Of a stretch of 64,000 nucleotides of DNA, positions 24,676 to 36,615 are shown piece by piece. The DNA comes from Eledone cirrhosa. Lineage: Eukaryota. How positions within the stretch are numbered: position 1 is the first letter of the stretch; every line of letters starts with the position of its first letter. The position numbers and the translations under genes were made by a program. Under the pieces are notes generated by a model that was not told the DNA's origin, ran no database searches, and saw only the letters and a list, made by a program, of their open reading frames with translations. The stretch spans positions 94,798,001-94,862,000 of the forward strand of contig OZ024742.1 in the NCBI GenBank assembly GCA_964016885.1. Reading direction: 5' to 3'.

Positions 24676-27600
24676 TACACATATACATTTATATATACAC
24701 ACACACACACATATTCATACACCAATATATATATATATATACATATATGGACACAGGTCTACAACGATATCTCTCTCACTTACATGCACATACACGTCTG
24801 TATGTTTCTGTGCATGTATATAGATGTATATAAACGTATATTACTTCAAGGTCTGTTTCATTTTTAACAAGATTTTAGTTAAAGGCCACATTTGACCATT
24901 TTCTTGGTGAACCAATACTTTCGGTCAGCTGTATCTTTCCTCTTCACTTCATTACACCTAACAAGAAGATATTTTGGCATGACCAACTATATCATCAGCA
25001 GCAGTAGCAACAATAACAACATCAGTAGCAGAGCAAGAATGTTTTTAACCCGTTCATTGCCATATTTCTAATGCAATACACACTTTACCTCTTTTATTTT
25101 TCATACTTTTATTGATTTCACTTAATATACTCTGACTATACTGGGACACTACCATGATATAGTCAATCATATTGACCCAAGGGCTTACATTTTCAAGTAT
25201 GGTACTTATTTTATCAATATATTTTTGTTGAACCTCTGTTAGAGGACACCCAAAACAGATACAAATGTAAATAAAAGCTTCGGTATGCACATATGGTTTC
25301 AGCAAGTTCCATCTCCCATATTTCGCTCAAAATGTTGGATCAAGCTTGAACTATAGGAGAATGTATCGCACAGATAAACTGACATCTGACTGTTGAAAGA
25401 AGACTTTAAAAGTAACTATTAGGGAATTCTCTAGAAAATGGACAAGATTTAGCATCATGGTGTTATAAAGTACCTGTAACCTTCTCAATGACAATTCTTG
25501 GTCCTCTGTGTCTCCTCTTCTATTTATTTAGGTTTGTATGTTTTTGTATGCTGCTAGAAAGATGTGACATAGAGGATCATGAATAATCATTGAGGTCACA
25601 GGATGTGTGACAAAAATGTTTTGACAATTAACATTAAAAAAACCTTAAGGTTAATAAACTAGTCAGTAAATGAATTAGTTTGTCAACTAAAATGAACTGA
25701 AGCGAAACTCAATTCGTGCATGTGTTTTTCTTGAAAGTATGACCATCTCAAAGTAAAACAATATATATCTCTCTCTATATATATATATCAAACATATATA
25801 TAATTTTAGTGAAATAATCCACTATTATTTTGCTATGATGTCTCATAAAAGTTGACAGCATGCAGGAATCTAAGTCAAACTGAACTTTTTAATTTTTATT
25901 CTTTTGCACGGGTTAAGTAACTCAATGTATCTATTCTTTTCTGATGAACTGGAGATATTTGCTTGAGTATTACTTAAATTATTGATTATTAATTGTTTGA
26001 CTGATTAATTGATTGATTCTATCTACTGGCACTACATTTATCTCCATAGAAACTATTGTAGAAATTAAAGATTAAATTTAAATAAAAACTTTGGTTTTCA
26101 TTTTGTAACAATTATATTATATTATATATATATATACACACACACACACACCTATGGATACACAAACACACACATAAAATTCAAGTATTACACAAAAGAA
26201 ATACCAATATTTTTGAGAAACAATCTCAGAATATTTCTTGAATGCTTCATCTCTTCTTTGGCAGTGGATTTAATTACAACAATTTGATTCTGTTTTCTTT
26301 CTGAATTCACAGATCAAGGGTGGTGGCTTGGTTCAACAGACTCTCCAGGGTAGTTTCCACACATCTACACACATGTACTTACATCCAACTAGCTTTCATC
26401 AGCACCAAGAACATGTGATTTTTTTTACTATCCAATTCTTTCATTTTCTTTCTTTCTCCTCTTGTATTCTCCCTCCCTCTTCCCCTTCTCTTTTCCATTC
26501 TCTCTCTCTTTCCCCTCTGTCACTTTCTCACTCTTACCTTCACACTTGTATCCTCACACACTTACTCTCACACCCTCGCTCATACCCTCTGACCCTCCGC
26601 TTCATTTTCCTATTCTCACTCTCACTGTTTCCTTCATTTGTTTTTTCTATTTTCTCTTTGTTACTCTCCTTTTCTAACTCTTTTGTTCCATTTTTTTTGT
26701 TCACTCTTTCATTCTCTCTCATTCATTCACTTTTTCTCTCTCATGTCCCCTTCTTTTTTGTTTACCCATCTCTCTTACATTTCTTATACTTTTTCATTGC
26801 TTTCCATTTCTGTTCACAAATGTTGGCAAGATTTATATATGTATGTGTAACTGTCTGTATTGTGTGGAGGTTCTAATTGGCATTTTGTAATTTGATTTTT
26901 TTCTTACATTACTGGTGGTTGCTTAGCATAATCTTTTGTTGCTACCACTCAATCATTGTTACGGCAAGTTTTCTTTGTGGCTAAAGGAACAAGAAATAGA
27001 CTGGTTGAGTGAGGTCAAAATTCTTTAAAGCAATGTCCAAATTTTCAGCGCAAAGCAGAAATATAAAGGGAAGTGATTTAGTGTATAAAGTACATAAAAA
27101 AGATTCCCTGACTGACAATCCTGAAAAAAGAAAAAAAACGAAAAAAAAAAGAATGTAAACACACACACACCATGCATATGTACACACACACACACGTGCA
27201 TATGTACACACACACACACACATAGATACCTACACACTGACACATGTACATGTAGACACAAAACAAAACAACACAACAATATTTGTTAATGCTTGATGTG
27301 TTGATTAAGATAGCTAAACTGTGCTCAATATAGCAGAAACTGATACTTTCTAATCGTCCATCCCGGTATCTGGTTGAATAAGAGAGATACAAACTTTATA
27401 TTTATTACTGGACAACCTAGGCATGTATGCATGCATAAACATACATGCATTCATGCATGTATATATGTGCATTCTTCTCTTTCTTATCATTATCATCGTA
27501 TCTACACATGTTTCATGCTAAAATGGCTGTTTTGTGAGTCATTGTTATGGCCTAACTACTACTTCAGCTTAAATCTTCTTTTGTAATCCTTTACCAATAA

Positions 27601-28184
27601 TGTTTTATCCTCAACCCATAGAACCTTTTCCTTCAGTATATATCACCCATTTAGATTAGATGACTAAACCAGTCTATTTTTTCTCTTTCTGACATAATTT
27701 GTAAATTCCCTTGATACATATGTGCTTTTTTAACTCTTACATGACTTTACCACTCAAATGTTTGCACGTTTGTCTGATCTTTGATACTTTTGTTACGATA
27801 TTTAAAAAAGAACCACAAACACCCACCCCAGAACTGCCTCTGCTTATATACAGCAAAACAAACATTTTCAAAGAGTTACTAGTTAAATGAAGACTTATTG
27901 TGTAATGTTACAAACACCATCCAAAGGAAATGATAATTTTAGTAAATCCTTCCAAAATTCTTCATTAATCAATTAAAATATAAAATATTTCATTAGAAAG
28001 ATGTTACTGCAAGGATTAAAGTAAAAAAAAAAGAAACAAAAAAAAAACGAAGTGGAAACGTTGTTGGAAGATTTTAATATGAACACAAACAACTCTATAT
28101 CATAGAACAAGGGGAGTTGGATATCAAAAGAGCTAACTTGTTCCTATCCATCTTTTACTACTTTACATCATTACAATGCATATA

Positions 28185-28792
28185 CAGGATGCGGACGATA
28201 TTTATTCGCAATTTTCAACTGCTAATTTTATGCAATTTTTTTTACTTCCGTTGTCACTCTTGTCTTCATAAAAACAGTGACTATATTTCCATTATTTATT
28301 TTCAGAATAATTGATTATGAATAATTTTGAACCTCCAAATTTGTGGAAGAGACACGGAGTTCTTCTTGGAATCCGCATCGGGAGGACAAATAAGGAAATT
28401 TCAGACTTTCTCAGCGTCAGCAGGAGAATGGTGGAAAAGGTCAGAAAGGAATTGGAAGATTCAAGATTCGACTACGAAGCAACATCAGATAGGAAAACAC
28501 ATGATCGACGATCTGACGCCTTCAGAACGCTCGAATTCGTCGCTGAAGTTCAGGATATCATCAACAATGAACCTAGCAAGTCGATGCATGCCATTGCAAG
28601 GGTGAAAGGCGGGGATGAAAAGCTCATTAGGCTGGTGGTACATGAAGACATTCGCTACGTTTCATACAGGATGAGGAAAGGACAATTTCTGTCAAAGGCG
28701 ATGCAAGAAAAGCGACTGAAGCACGCAAAGTAGCTGATCATCAAGTTGAAACACCCACTGGAGCCAGGGATGCTGTGGTTTTTCTCCGACGA
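28185..28792 (+). mobile_element. Tc1/mariner (DD37D/maT-like) 5' fragment with transposase N-terminus
   Basis: TA|CAGGATG start; ORF 28311-28733 with two HTH-like regions (EISDFLSVSRRMVEKV; PSKSMHAIAR), premature stop, then WFFSD (first catalytic Asp) and truncation. Confidence 0.8.
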
Positions 28793-29059
28793 TTGCCCAC
28801 ATACACATCATTTTCTAAAAGGATGTAGAAACAGTTTGGAAATATATTTAGAATTTAAGGAGTGATAAGTGGGTTGACAGGAAAGTCCTTAATGGCTGTG
28901 AGAGTGTGTTTATTAACAGAGTACACATATGTGAATGTGCAAACATGTGAAAGTTAAACTTCTGTGTCAGACATGTGTATGCATATGTGTGTGCTTATAT
29001 AGTCTGGATGTATAGTGAGTATTCATATATAAATGCAATTCGTGAGTGTGTGTGTATTC

Positions 29060-29700
29060 CTTAATGATTGGAAGGCTCACTAGCAGTAATTGATAGCTTT
29101 TGCTACCTAGGCAAATTAATTAGCAATGAAGGTGTGTGTTCCATAAGCACAGTTGCCAGAGTAAGAATGGAGTGGAAATAATTCAGAGCTACTTTTGCTG
29201 GTGACAAAGGGTTTCACTCTTAGGTTGTTTGACAAAGACAGGTTGCATGATGCTTTCATATATGTAATGCTGGGTGGTAGTAAGATGTAGGCCTTTAATG
29301 AAGATGTGCATAGAATGGAAAAATATGAAGCATGTATGCAATGGTGGTTGTGTGATGTTAATAATGTACATCACCTTTGGAGTACAAATAAGCTAACAGA
29401 AAAAAATGGAAATAAGAGATATCATATATAATGTGGAAGAGAGAAGACTTTGCAAGTGCAAGTATTTGATACATTTGGTGGATGTATGTTGTGTAAAGAT
29501 GCATCAAGATGCAACAAAACTCGAAAGGAGTGGAACATTGGGAAGAGGAAAAATGAGGGAAGACACATGGAGAAGTAAACATTTATCGTGAGAGGTTAAA
29601 CCTTATGAAGGGACATGAGAATTGACAAACTGCTGTACTAGAAAAGTTTTGTACAACCCCAGTAAGAATGGAATAATGGGCATAAAAATTATGATGCAGG
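29060..29700 (+). mobile_element. Highly degenerate RTE LINE C-terminal fragment
   Basis: DSFCYLG, ARVRMEWK.FR and GRGK.REDTW remnants, collinear with 14580-15150. Confidence 0.7.
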
Positions 29701-31016
29701 GTTGTTTAATATCTAAATTCAGGTCTCTCTCTCTTATCAGTGCACTTATGCAATGAGATATGGCTTTGTATTGAATTTTTCTGTATCCAATCCCTATGTT
29801 ACCATCATTCATTTTTATTGTTATCATTCACTCCGTATCTCTCTTATCATTCTTTATAGGCATCCATCCTATTTTCTCTCCCATCAATCTCTATTTAGTA
29901 GTGTATTATTCTCCCTCACACACACTCTTCAATTAATCTCTTTTATTATCCTTACACTGTGCTTCTTCTCTCTGATCACCTTTTCATGCTGGTTCTCTCT
30001 CATTATTCTTTTTTCTATCACCCTTCAGTTACGTTTCTATTCAATCTTTTTACCAACAATCATCATGTAGCAACATCTCGGGGATGTTTTTCTCAATCCT
30101 CAACAAGTAGCAGTCTCTCTCTCTTACTTTCTATTTCTATCACTTGACTTGAGGCTCTGGTAAATTACATTTACTCAAGATGCCATAATGTAAGATTGAA
30201 TCCAGGAATTTATGCTTGCAAAGTGAACTTCTTAACCATTCAGCCACACATACATACATATACACACCACACATTTTAAAGCTTGACTAAACAGGCACAA
30301 AAATACTACTGCAACACTATTAATGTTGCTTTTCTTTATCAAATATATTGAGGGGAGCAATGAAGCAAAACTGTAGTTGCTGTTAATCTTCAAATATATG
30401 AATCATTTGACAGATTTATTTTTTTATTTTCCTCTCAACAAACACAGACAGCATTTCGCAGCCAAGAACATTTCAATTTGTTTTATATCACTATAGACTT
30501 TGGGTAAGTCTAACAATGCAAATAGTTCTTATTTGCCCTACCCTGAAACTCCCAGGCTCCAGGTTCTCTTTTAACAATTTAACTTTCTTTGTCTTATTCA
30601 ATAACTCTGGATCAATATATTTTTTAGCATTTTTATAGACTTAAGCTAGTGGAAATAAATATTGAATAGATTATATAAATATTAATAATGAACAACCATA
30701 TATATATATATATATATATTAATGTTTTCTCTCTCTTCGAGTTGGTCACACACATGTGCTTTGGGTTTCTCTCTTTGTTGTTTCTCATTTTTTTTTTCGT
30801 GGTTTTCCTTTTTTTTCCCATTTCCCTTCTGTTACATATTTTTTCTCTCTCTCCCTTTTTCCCCCAATAACTTCCTTTAGTTATTGACGCACTTGGGTGA
30901 GATATCTTGTCTTTATGCGTAGAAATATCCATGATCCCCAGCAGACAACTGATGAAGGAACATTTCCTCTTATTTAGAAGTACACCTTATCCAGCAACTA
31001 CACAGCCCCTGTTTCT

Positions 31017-31057
<41 letters not shown>

Positions 31058-31060
<3 letters not shown>

Positions 31061-31597
31061 GATATTAATAAATGGAAACTATATTTATAAAACCATATTT
31101 ATTTCATTATACATATTTCAGGGATACCACATTAAATTATGGTATGCCTTCATCAGACAAAATACAATATATAACAGTTTTACAAATAGATTTGACGTAC
31201 CCTTTTAAAATGCAACCATTTTTTTTTCTTTCTTTTTTATTTCCTCCTATCTTTATTTATCTCTTTCTTTTCTCCATACATTTCTCTCTCTCTCCGATAT
31301 TTCTCCAGGTTTTCTTTCTCTCTCTCCGTCTTTTTTCTTTTTTTCTTTCTCTCCGTCTTTTTATAATTGTGCTTAACACTATGACTTATTAAAATAATAT
31401 AAACAAATCACTATCCAGACAGCCTCCAAAAGTAATGGTTGCATTTTAAAAGGGTACGTCAAAGCTATTTGTAAAACTGTTATATATTGTATTTTGTCTG
31501 ATGAAGGCATACCATAATTTAATGTGGTATCCCTGAAATATGTATAATGAAATAAATATGGTTTTATAAATATAGTTTCCATTTATTAATATCGTAT
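31058..31597. repeat. Inverted repeat with ~160-bp near-identical arms (31058-31220 and 31434-31597) containing a hammerhead-like core
   Basis: Opposite-strand ORFs 31072+ and 31582- both start METIFIKPYLFHY... Arms contain CTGATGA-AGGCATACCAT...GTGGTATCCCT-GAAA-TATGTA. Confidence 0.92.
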
Positions 31598-32224
31598 ATC
31601 TACTCCAAAAACTTGTCGAGTGCTTTATATCAGTTATAAAAATATTTACTTGTTGTATCCCAACAATTTTAAATAGAACTTTTGCATATATATATATATA
31701 TATATATATATACTAATATGTGTAAACAATTTCATATCATCATTATCATTGTTTTTACGTCTGTTTTTCCAAGCTTGTGTAGGTTGGGTCATTCTCAACA
31801 CAACATATCTCAACTCATCACATTCCTTCATCTTCTCTTTTGTGAGTCTCAGTGGCTTGAGGTCAGCTCTCACGTAATTATTACTAGCTGCCCAATTTCT
31901 GGTGTAACTTTTTTGTGTTTTTACTGACTGACCCAATTGTTGATTGTTTAACGTTAACATATTCTTTTTTGTGTATGACCATAATTAATTTGTGGGATAT
32001 ATCAACATTTTTAATGTCTTCTTTCAATGATTTGATGATCGTTAGTCACAGATCATGTTAAACTTTTGTTGATTGCGCTATGAATTTGTTCAATTTTGCC
32101 AACTCACTACCGATTCACATAGAAATACTCTGCAGCTAATTAATCAGTTAACATGAAATAGGACTGTGTGTGGCACAATGTTGCAGTGCCATACTTATCA
32201 GAGACACATTTTGGTATATTGCTG

Positions 32225-32460
32225 TCATCAATTTTCTCTCTATATATATATATGTATGTATATGTGTATATATATGTATATATGTATATGTGTATATATA
32301 TGTATATGTGTATATATATATGTATATGTGTATATATATATGTATGTGTATGTTTTTATATATATGTATGTGTATGTTTTTATATATATGTATGTGTATG
32401 TTTTTATATATATGTGTGTTCATATATGTATATATATACGTGAGTGTGTGTATATATTTT
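32225..32460. repeat. (TA/TG) microsatellite with ~24-bp subrepeat
   Basis: Seen directly. Confidence 0.9.
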
Positions 32461-32934
32461 TTACAGATGTTCAGCATTCCATTGTTTGTCAGATCCAATC
32501 AAAGTTAGGTTGAAAATCTGAAAAGCACTTCAAATGTCTTCATGTAAGTCTCCTGGAGGGATGCCAATATTAAATGAGTGAACACATGCATGCACACAAA
32601 TACGCACTCAAAGCCATGACCAGACATACTTACACAGAAAAATGCCTCAACACTTTTCTAACAGTCAGCTCTTTTACTGCAAAAGAAGCACTTAAAATTA
32701 ATATTTTCCTTTAACTAATCATAAGAGATGTTTTTGAAGGAGAATTTATAGTGGAATGAATTAAAAGCAATATATTAGAGCCACTTATTTTATTGACCCT
32801 TCCCCCAAGAGATGAAAGACAAAGTTCATCCTACCAGCTTTTGAACTCACGTGATTGATGTACTGAATGAGATATATAAAAACAGTTAGACTAGCATTAG
32901 ACTGACCTTATGAAAATATACATAAATATATATT

Positions 32935-34060
32935 ATGATTCATACACATGAAAATTCATTGCACAACAAGTTTCAACGTCTGACAATCTTACATAAGTGT
33001 AATTGATGTTTGACAGCCATATCTTCAGGCAAACTGTATATAATCTTATGGAAAGGAATGAGGGAATAGATTCTTTGATTTTGAGAATACTGCTAAAACT
33101 AACCATGGCTAACCATGTTTTATTTCACTGTGATTCTTGAAATAGTATGTGTGTGTTGAGGTGATCTTTGGCATGGATATTTAGTGGTCAGATCAGACTG
33201 CTGATGTAAAACTTACCACATTTATTCCATTGGATATGGTACACCATGTAGAGGCATAAGCATATGTCCATGCTGCAGATGGGACAGCATGCATTGGTTT
33301 TTGTCATCTCCAAGCGATTTTTGTATAAGTATTTCAGCAGTGAGGGGTTGGAATGGGCCAACGGTATATTGAATCACTCCCTGTGGAACGTTCTGCAGAT
33401 AGCCAAAGTTATATATTCATTGAAACAGGTTTTGGAAGAGGACTTATGTTTCCTGGCTTAGGGCTCTGAATATGACTGGCAGAGGATGCTGAATATTCTT
33501 TGGCCTCTAGATGGCCCAGGTCTCTGTCTTCCTGATATGGTTGAGTTCGTTTTCGTTCTATAAATATCTGGTCTTAGCTCTGAGGGGAAGGGCTGATCTG
33601 AAGTGCACAAACAGCTTTCTGCAGGCGGTTTTTCTGTAGAAGTTGGTGTGATGCCACCTCCTTCTGGTTCTCATAGATGGTGGACAGGCAGAGACAGGAA
33701 TCAAGTTTCATCATTGTGTTTTATGTTGAAACCTGATTCATCCATGCTTCAGAATGTTGTGAATATTTTGTTGGCTTCTTCAGAAGGCACAAGAGTGGCA
33801 GGTATTGAATGCCCTTTCAGCTGGTTTATACAGGTGATATGCAGCAGGCTGAGGGACTGGATCCCAAGGGTAGACCTGATGTTTTTGTGGGAAGTAAAAT
33901 GGGTATTTTTAATGATGATGGATAGGAGTTGATGAATGTCAAAGGTAGTGATGTCAATGGAATAGAGGTTAAAAAGTTGATGCAGTCTGTCACAAACAAG
34001 CCCTAAATTACAGATCAGATCTATTATCTCTAGCATAAAAGGATTTCTCTATAAAATCTC
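32935..34060 (-). mobile_element. Decayed Penelope-like element (RT thumb + GIY-YIG endonuclease + pLTR remnant)
   Basis: Minus strand gives TNFYRKTACRKLFVHFRSALP (PLE YRKPT..HFxSxHP-like), then CPIC...MVYHIQWNKCGKFYISS...KDH (GIY-YIG-like), then a CUGAAGA...GAAAC motif downstream. Confidence 0.75.
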
Positions 34061-34499
34061 ATGGCTGGCTCTTCTACAGAATTTTCAATCTCATTCTTTC
34101 ACTACCATACAACATTTCTCTATTTGGCCACCGAAGGGCAAAGACCAAAGCTGAAGCATATATACAGAATGTACCACCCCATCCCACCTTCCCATACATC
34201 TCCCATCAGGACAAGCTGAAACACTGTAAAGTGGTAGTGATGGTGACACGGTAAAAAGTACCCTAGCCCACACTGTAAAGTGGTCATGTAAGTGTTGCAA
34301 CAAAAAGCACCCAGTCCACACTGTAAAGTGGTTGTGTAGGGATCATGACAAAAATCACCCAGTACTCACTGTAAATTAGGTTGGCGTTAGGAAGGGTATC
34401 CAGCTGTAGAAACAAAACCAAAATCAGCCCAAAATATTTTTTTTAAAATCATGTTCCCTTAAAAATAAGTTTTAAATAATTAAAATCTACTCAGACATG

Positions 34500-34944
34500 T
34501 CATCATCATCACCATCATTTTTACGTTTGCTTTTCCCTGCTTGCATGGGTGGGACGGGAACTGATTCTGACTCATTTCTACAGCTGGATGCCCTTCCTAG
34601 CTGGTGTTAGGAAGGGCATCCAGCTGTAGAAATCAAGCCAGAATCAATCCCCGTCCCACCCATGCAAGCAAGGAAAAGTGAATGTAAAAATGATGGTGAT
34701 GATGATGATGACTCATTTACAGTGAGTGCTGGGTGCTTTTTTGCCGTGGCACCTCCACGACCACTTTGCAGTGGAATGATAGGGACCCCAGTCCCTATCA
34801 TCTCATATCTACAGCTGAGTAAACTGGAGCAACGTGAAATAAAGTGTCTTGCTCAAGGAAACAACACATCACCCAGTCTGAGAATTGAACTCACAACCTT
34901 TTGATTGCAAGCCCAATGCTCTAACCACTAAGCCATATTCCTCC
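34500..34944 (-). mobile_element. SINE family 1 copy with internal inverted duplication of its tail
   Basis: Head at 34944, body to ~34712, inverted tail 34602-34711, normal tail 34500-34599. Confidence 0.85.
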
Positions 34945-34976
34945 ATGTATATAATGTAAAACAAATTGGAAGGTCC

Positions 34977-35012
<36 letters not shown>

Positions 35013-35067
35013 ACATATATATATGTGGGTGTCTGTGACTGATATACACTGGTAACCTATCCCCCCA

Positions 35068-35155
<88 letters not shown>

Positions 35156-35746
35156 TTAGAAACCCTACCTATTTAGCTGGAAATATTTGCTACATGCAAT
35201 GTACAAACTACTTAATATTCAGTTAACCAAATTACTCAATATTCAGTTACCAAATTCGAGTTAGATACAGTAATGCTGTATTTGATTCTTTGAAGTCACT
35301 TTTTATAATTTCATTCAAAAACACCACCAGCTCTCTCTCTTCTATTTTCCTTCTGTCTCCTTCTCTCTCTCTCTCTCTATGTTTTTCAATCTACTCTCTT
35401 TCTCTCTCACAACCACTATCTCTTTCTCTCTATCTTTCTCTCTCTCTCTCTCTCTGTTCATGAAGGTGCCTGGAAAAACCATGTATCTTGGGAACCTGTG
35501 CTCCAATTTGAGCAAAATTTGTTATTCCATTTGTATTCCAATTTCAAGGACAACTTCTTTTCAAAGTATTTCCCCATTATGCACCGTTTTGGATGTATTA
35601 AATTACAGACTAGCACAGAATCAGAGTTTTAGCAGTGTATAGATATATAGATAAACACTTTAAAATAAATAGCTTTATATCATAGAATCATGAGTGGTTT
35701 CAGGGGGTTTAGTGTCAAAATAGATAGAAGGAAACTAAGCACAGTT

Positions 35747-36182
35747 ATATGTGTACATGTGCATATTTACATTTATGTTTCAGCTGTACTAGGGCGAGAA
35801 ATAAAATTCTAATTTTATTTTTAATATTCGGCAAGGCCAGCCACAACTCACTCATATGTAAATGAGGCTACTCAGCCGATGTTTACTTAAGAAAATACTA
35901 TATATTTTCCCTTGTTCAACAAACTGGCAGAGGTATACAGTCCTGATGAAGGGTGATGACCCAGAAACATGTTGATTGTTCGTCAAAGCCAGTATTGAAC
36001 AAACAGGTGACAATCGGTTACCGGCACGGCACGGCACAGCTTTAAATTGGGCTGTTTGCTTACAAACAAATCGAACATTATTATTAGTGTTCGATATAAC
36101 CCATACATATGTGTATGTGTGCATACTTACATTCATATATCAGCTGTGCTAGAGCAAGAGATAAAATTCTAATTTCATTTTC
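35747..36182 (+). repeat. 360-bp-period partial tandem unit (~75-bp direct repeats) enclosing a hammerhead motif
   Basis: 35761 GCATATTTACATTTATGTTTCAGCTGTACTAGGGCGAGAAATAAAATTCTAATTT vs 36121 GCATACTTACATTCATATATCAGCTGTGCTAGAGCAAGAGATAAAATTCTAATTT. Confidence 0.8.
35912..36002 (+). ncRNA. Minimal type I hammerhead motif
   Basis: ACAGUC-CUGAUGA-A-GGGU-GAUG-ACCC-A-GAAA-CAUG-UU-GAUUGU; palindromic stem III; outer helix UUGUUCAA..ACUGGC / GCCAGU.UUGAACAA. Confidence 0.75.
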
Positions 36183-36562
36183 ATATATACACACACACAC
36201 ACATACATGCAAATTTTGTGTGCCTGGGTCATTGTCCTTCTCCTTGTTAAACAGAACTTATTTACCATTTCAGCCACCAGATAATTGAATTAACAAGAAT
36301 GCTATTGAAATTAACAAAGAATGCTCCAAGGGATGCGGACAGCACTGTCTTCTTTGCTGTCTTTGTTTCTGGCATACGATTGTGTATAAATTTCTACACA
36401 TCCACTATGTGTGTGTATGTGATAATGTGATGAGTTGTTTCTATGTGTCGTATATATTTTCTGTGTATATATGTAATTGTTTATGTGTGATAGTGTATTT
36501 ATATATATATATGACTACAGAGTATTTATACATATGCACACATGCATGTTTATGTGTATGTA

Positions 36563-36615
<53 letters not shown>

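Noticed and set aside
26328-26876. 182-aa hydrophobic ORF
   Set aside because: Mostly a CT-rich low-complexity tract giving F/S/L by composition.
30948-30975. CTGATGA with a short stem as another hammerhead
   Set aside because: No following GAAA or NUH; cannot be completed. The same applies to CTGATGA hits at ~4385(-), 26395(-) and 59453(-).
35858-35886. SECIS-like AUGA...GA quartet hairpin
   Set aside because: Upper stem is only 4 bp, with no apical AA motif and no selenoprotein ORF.
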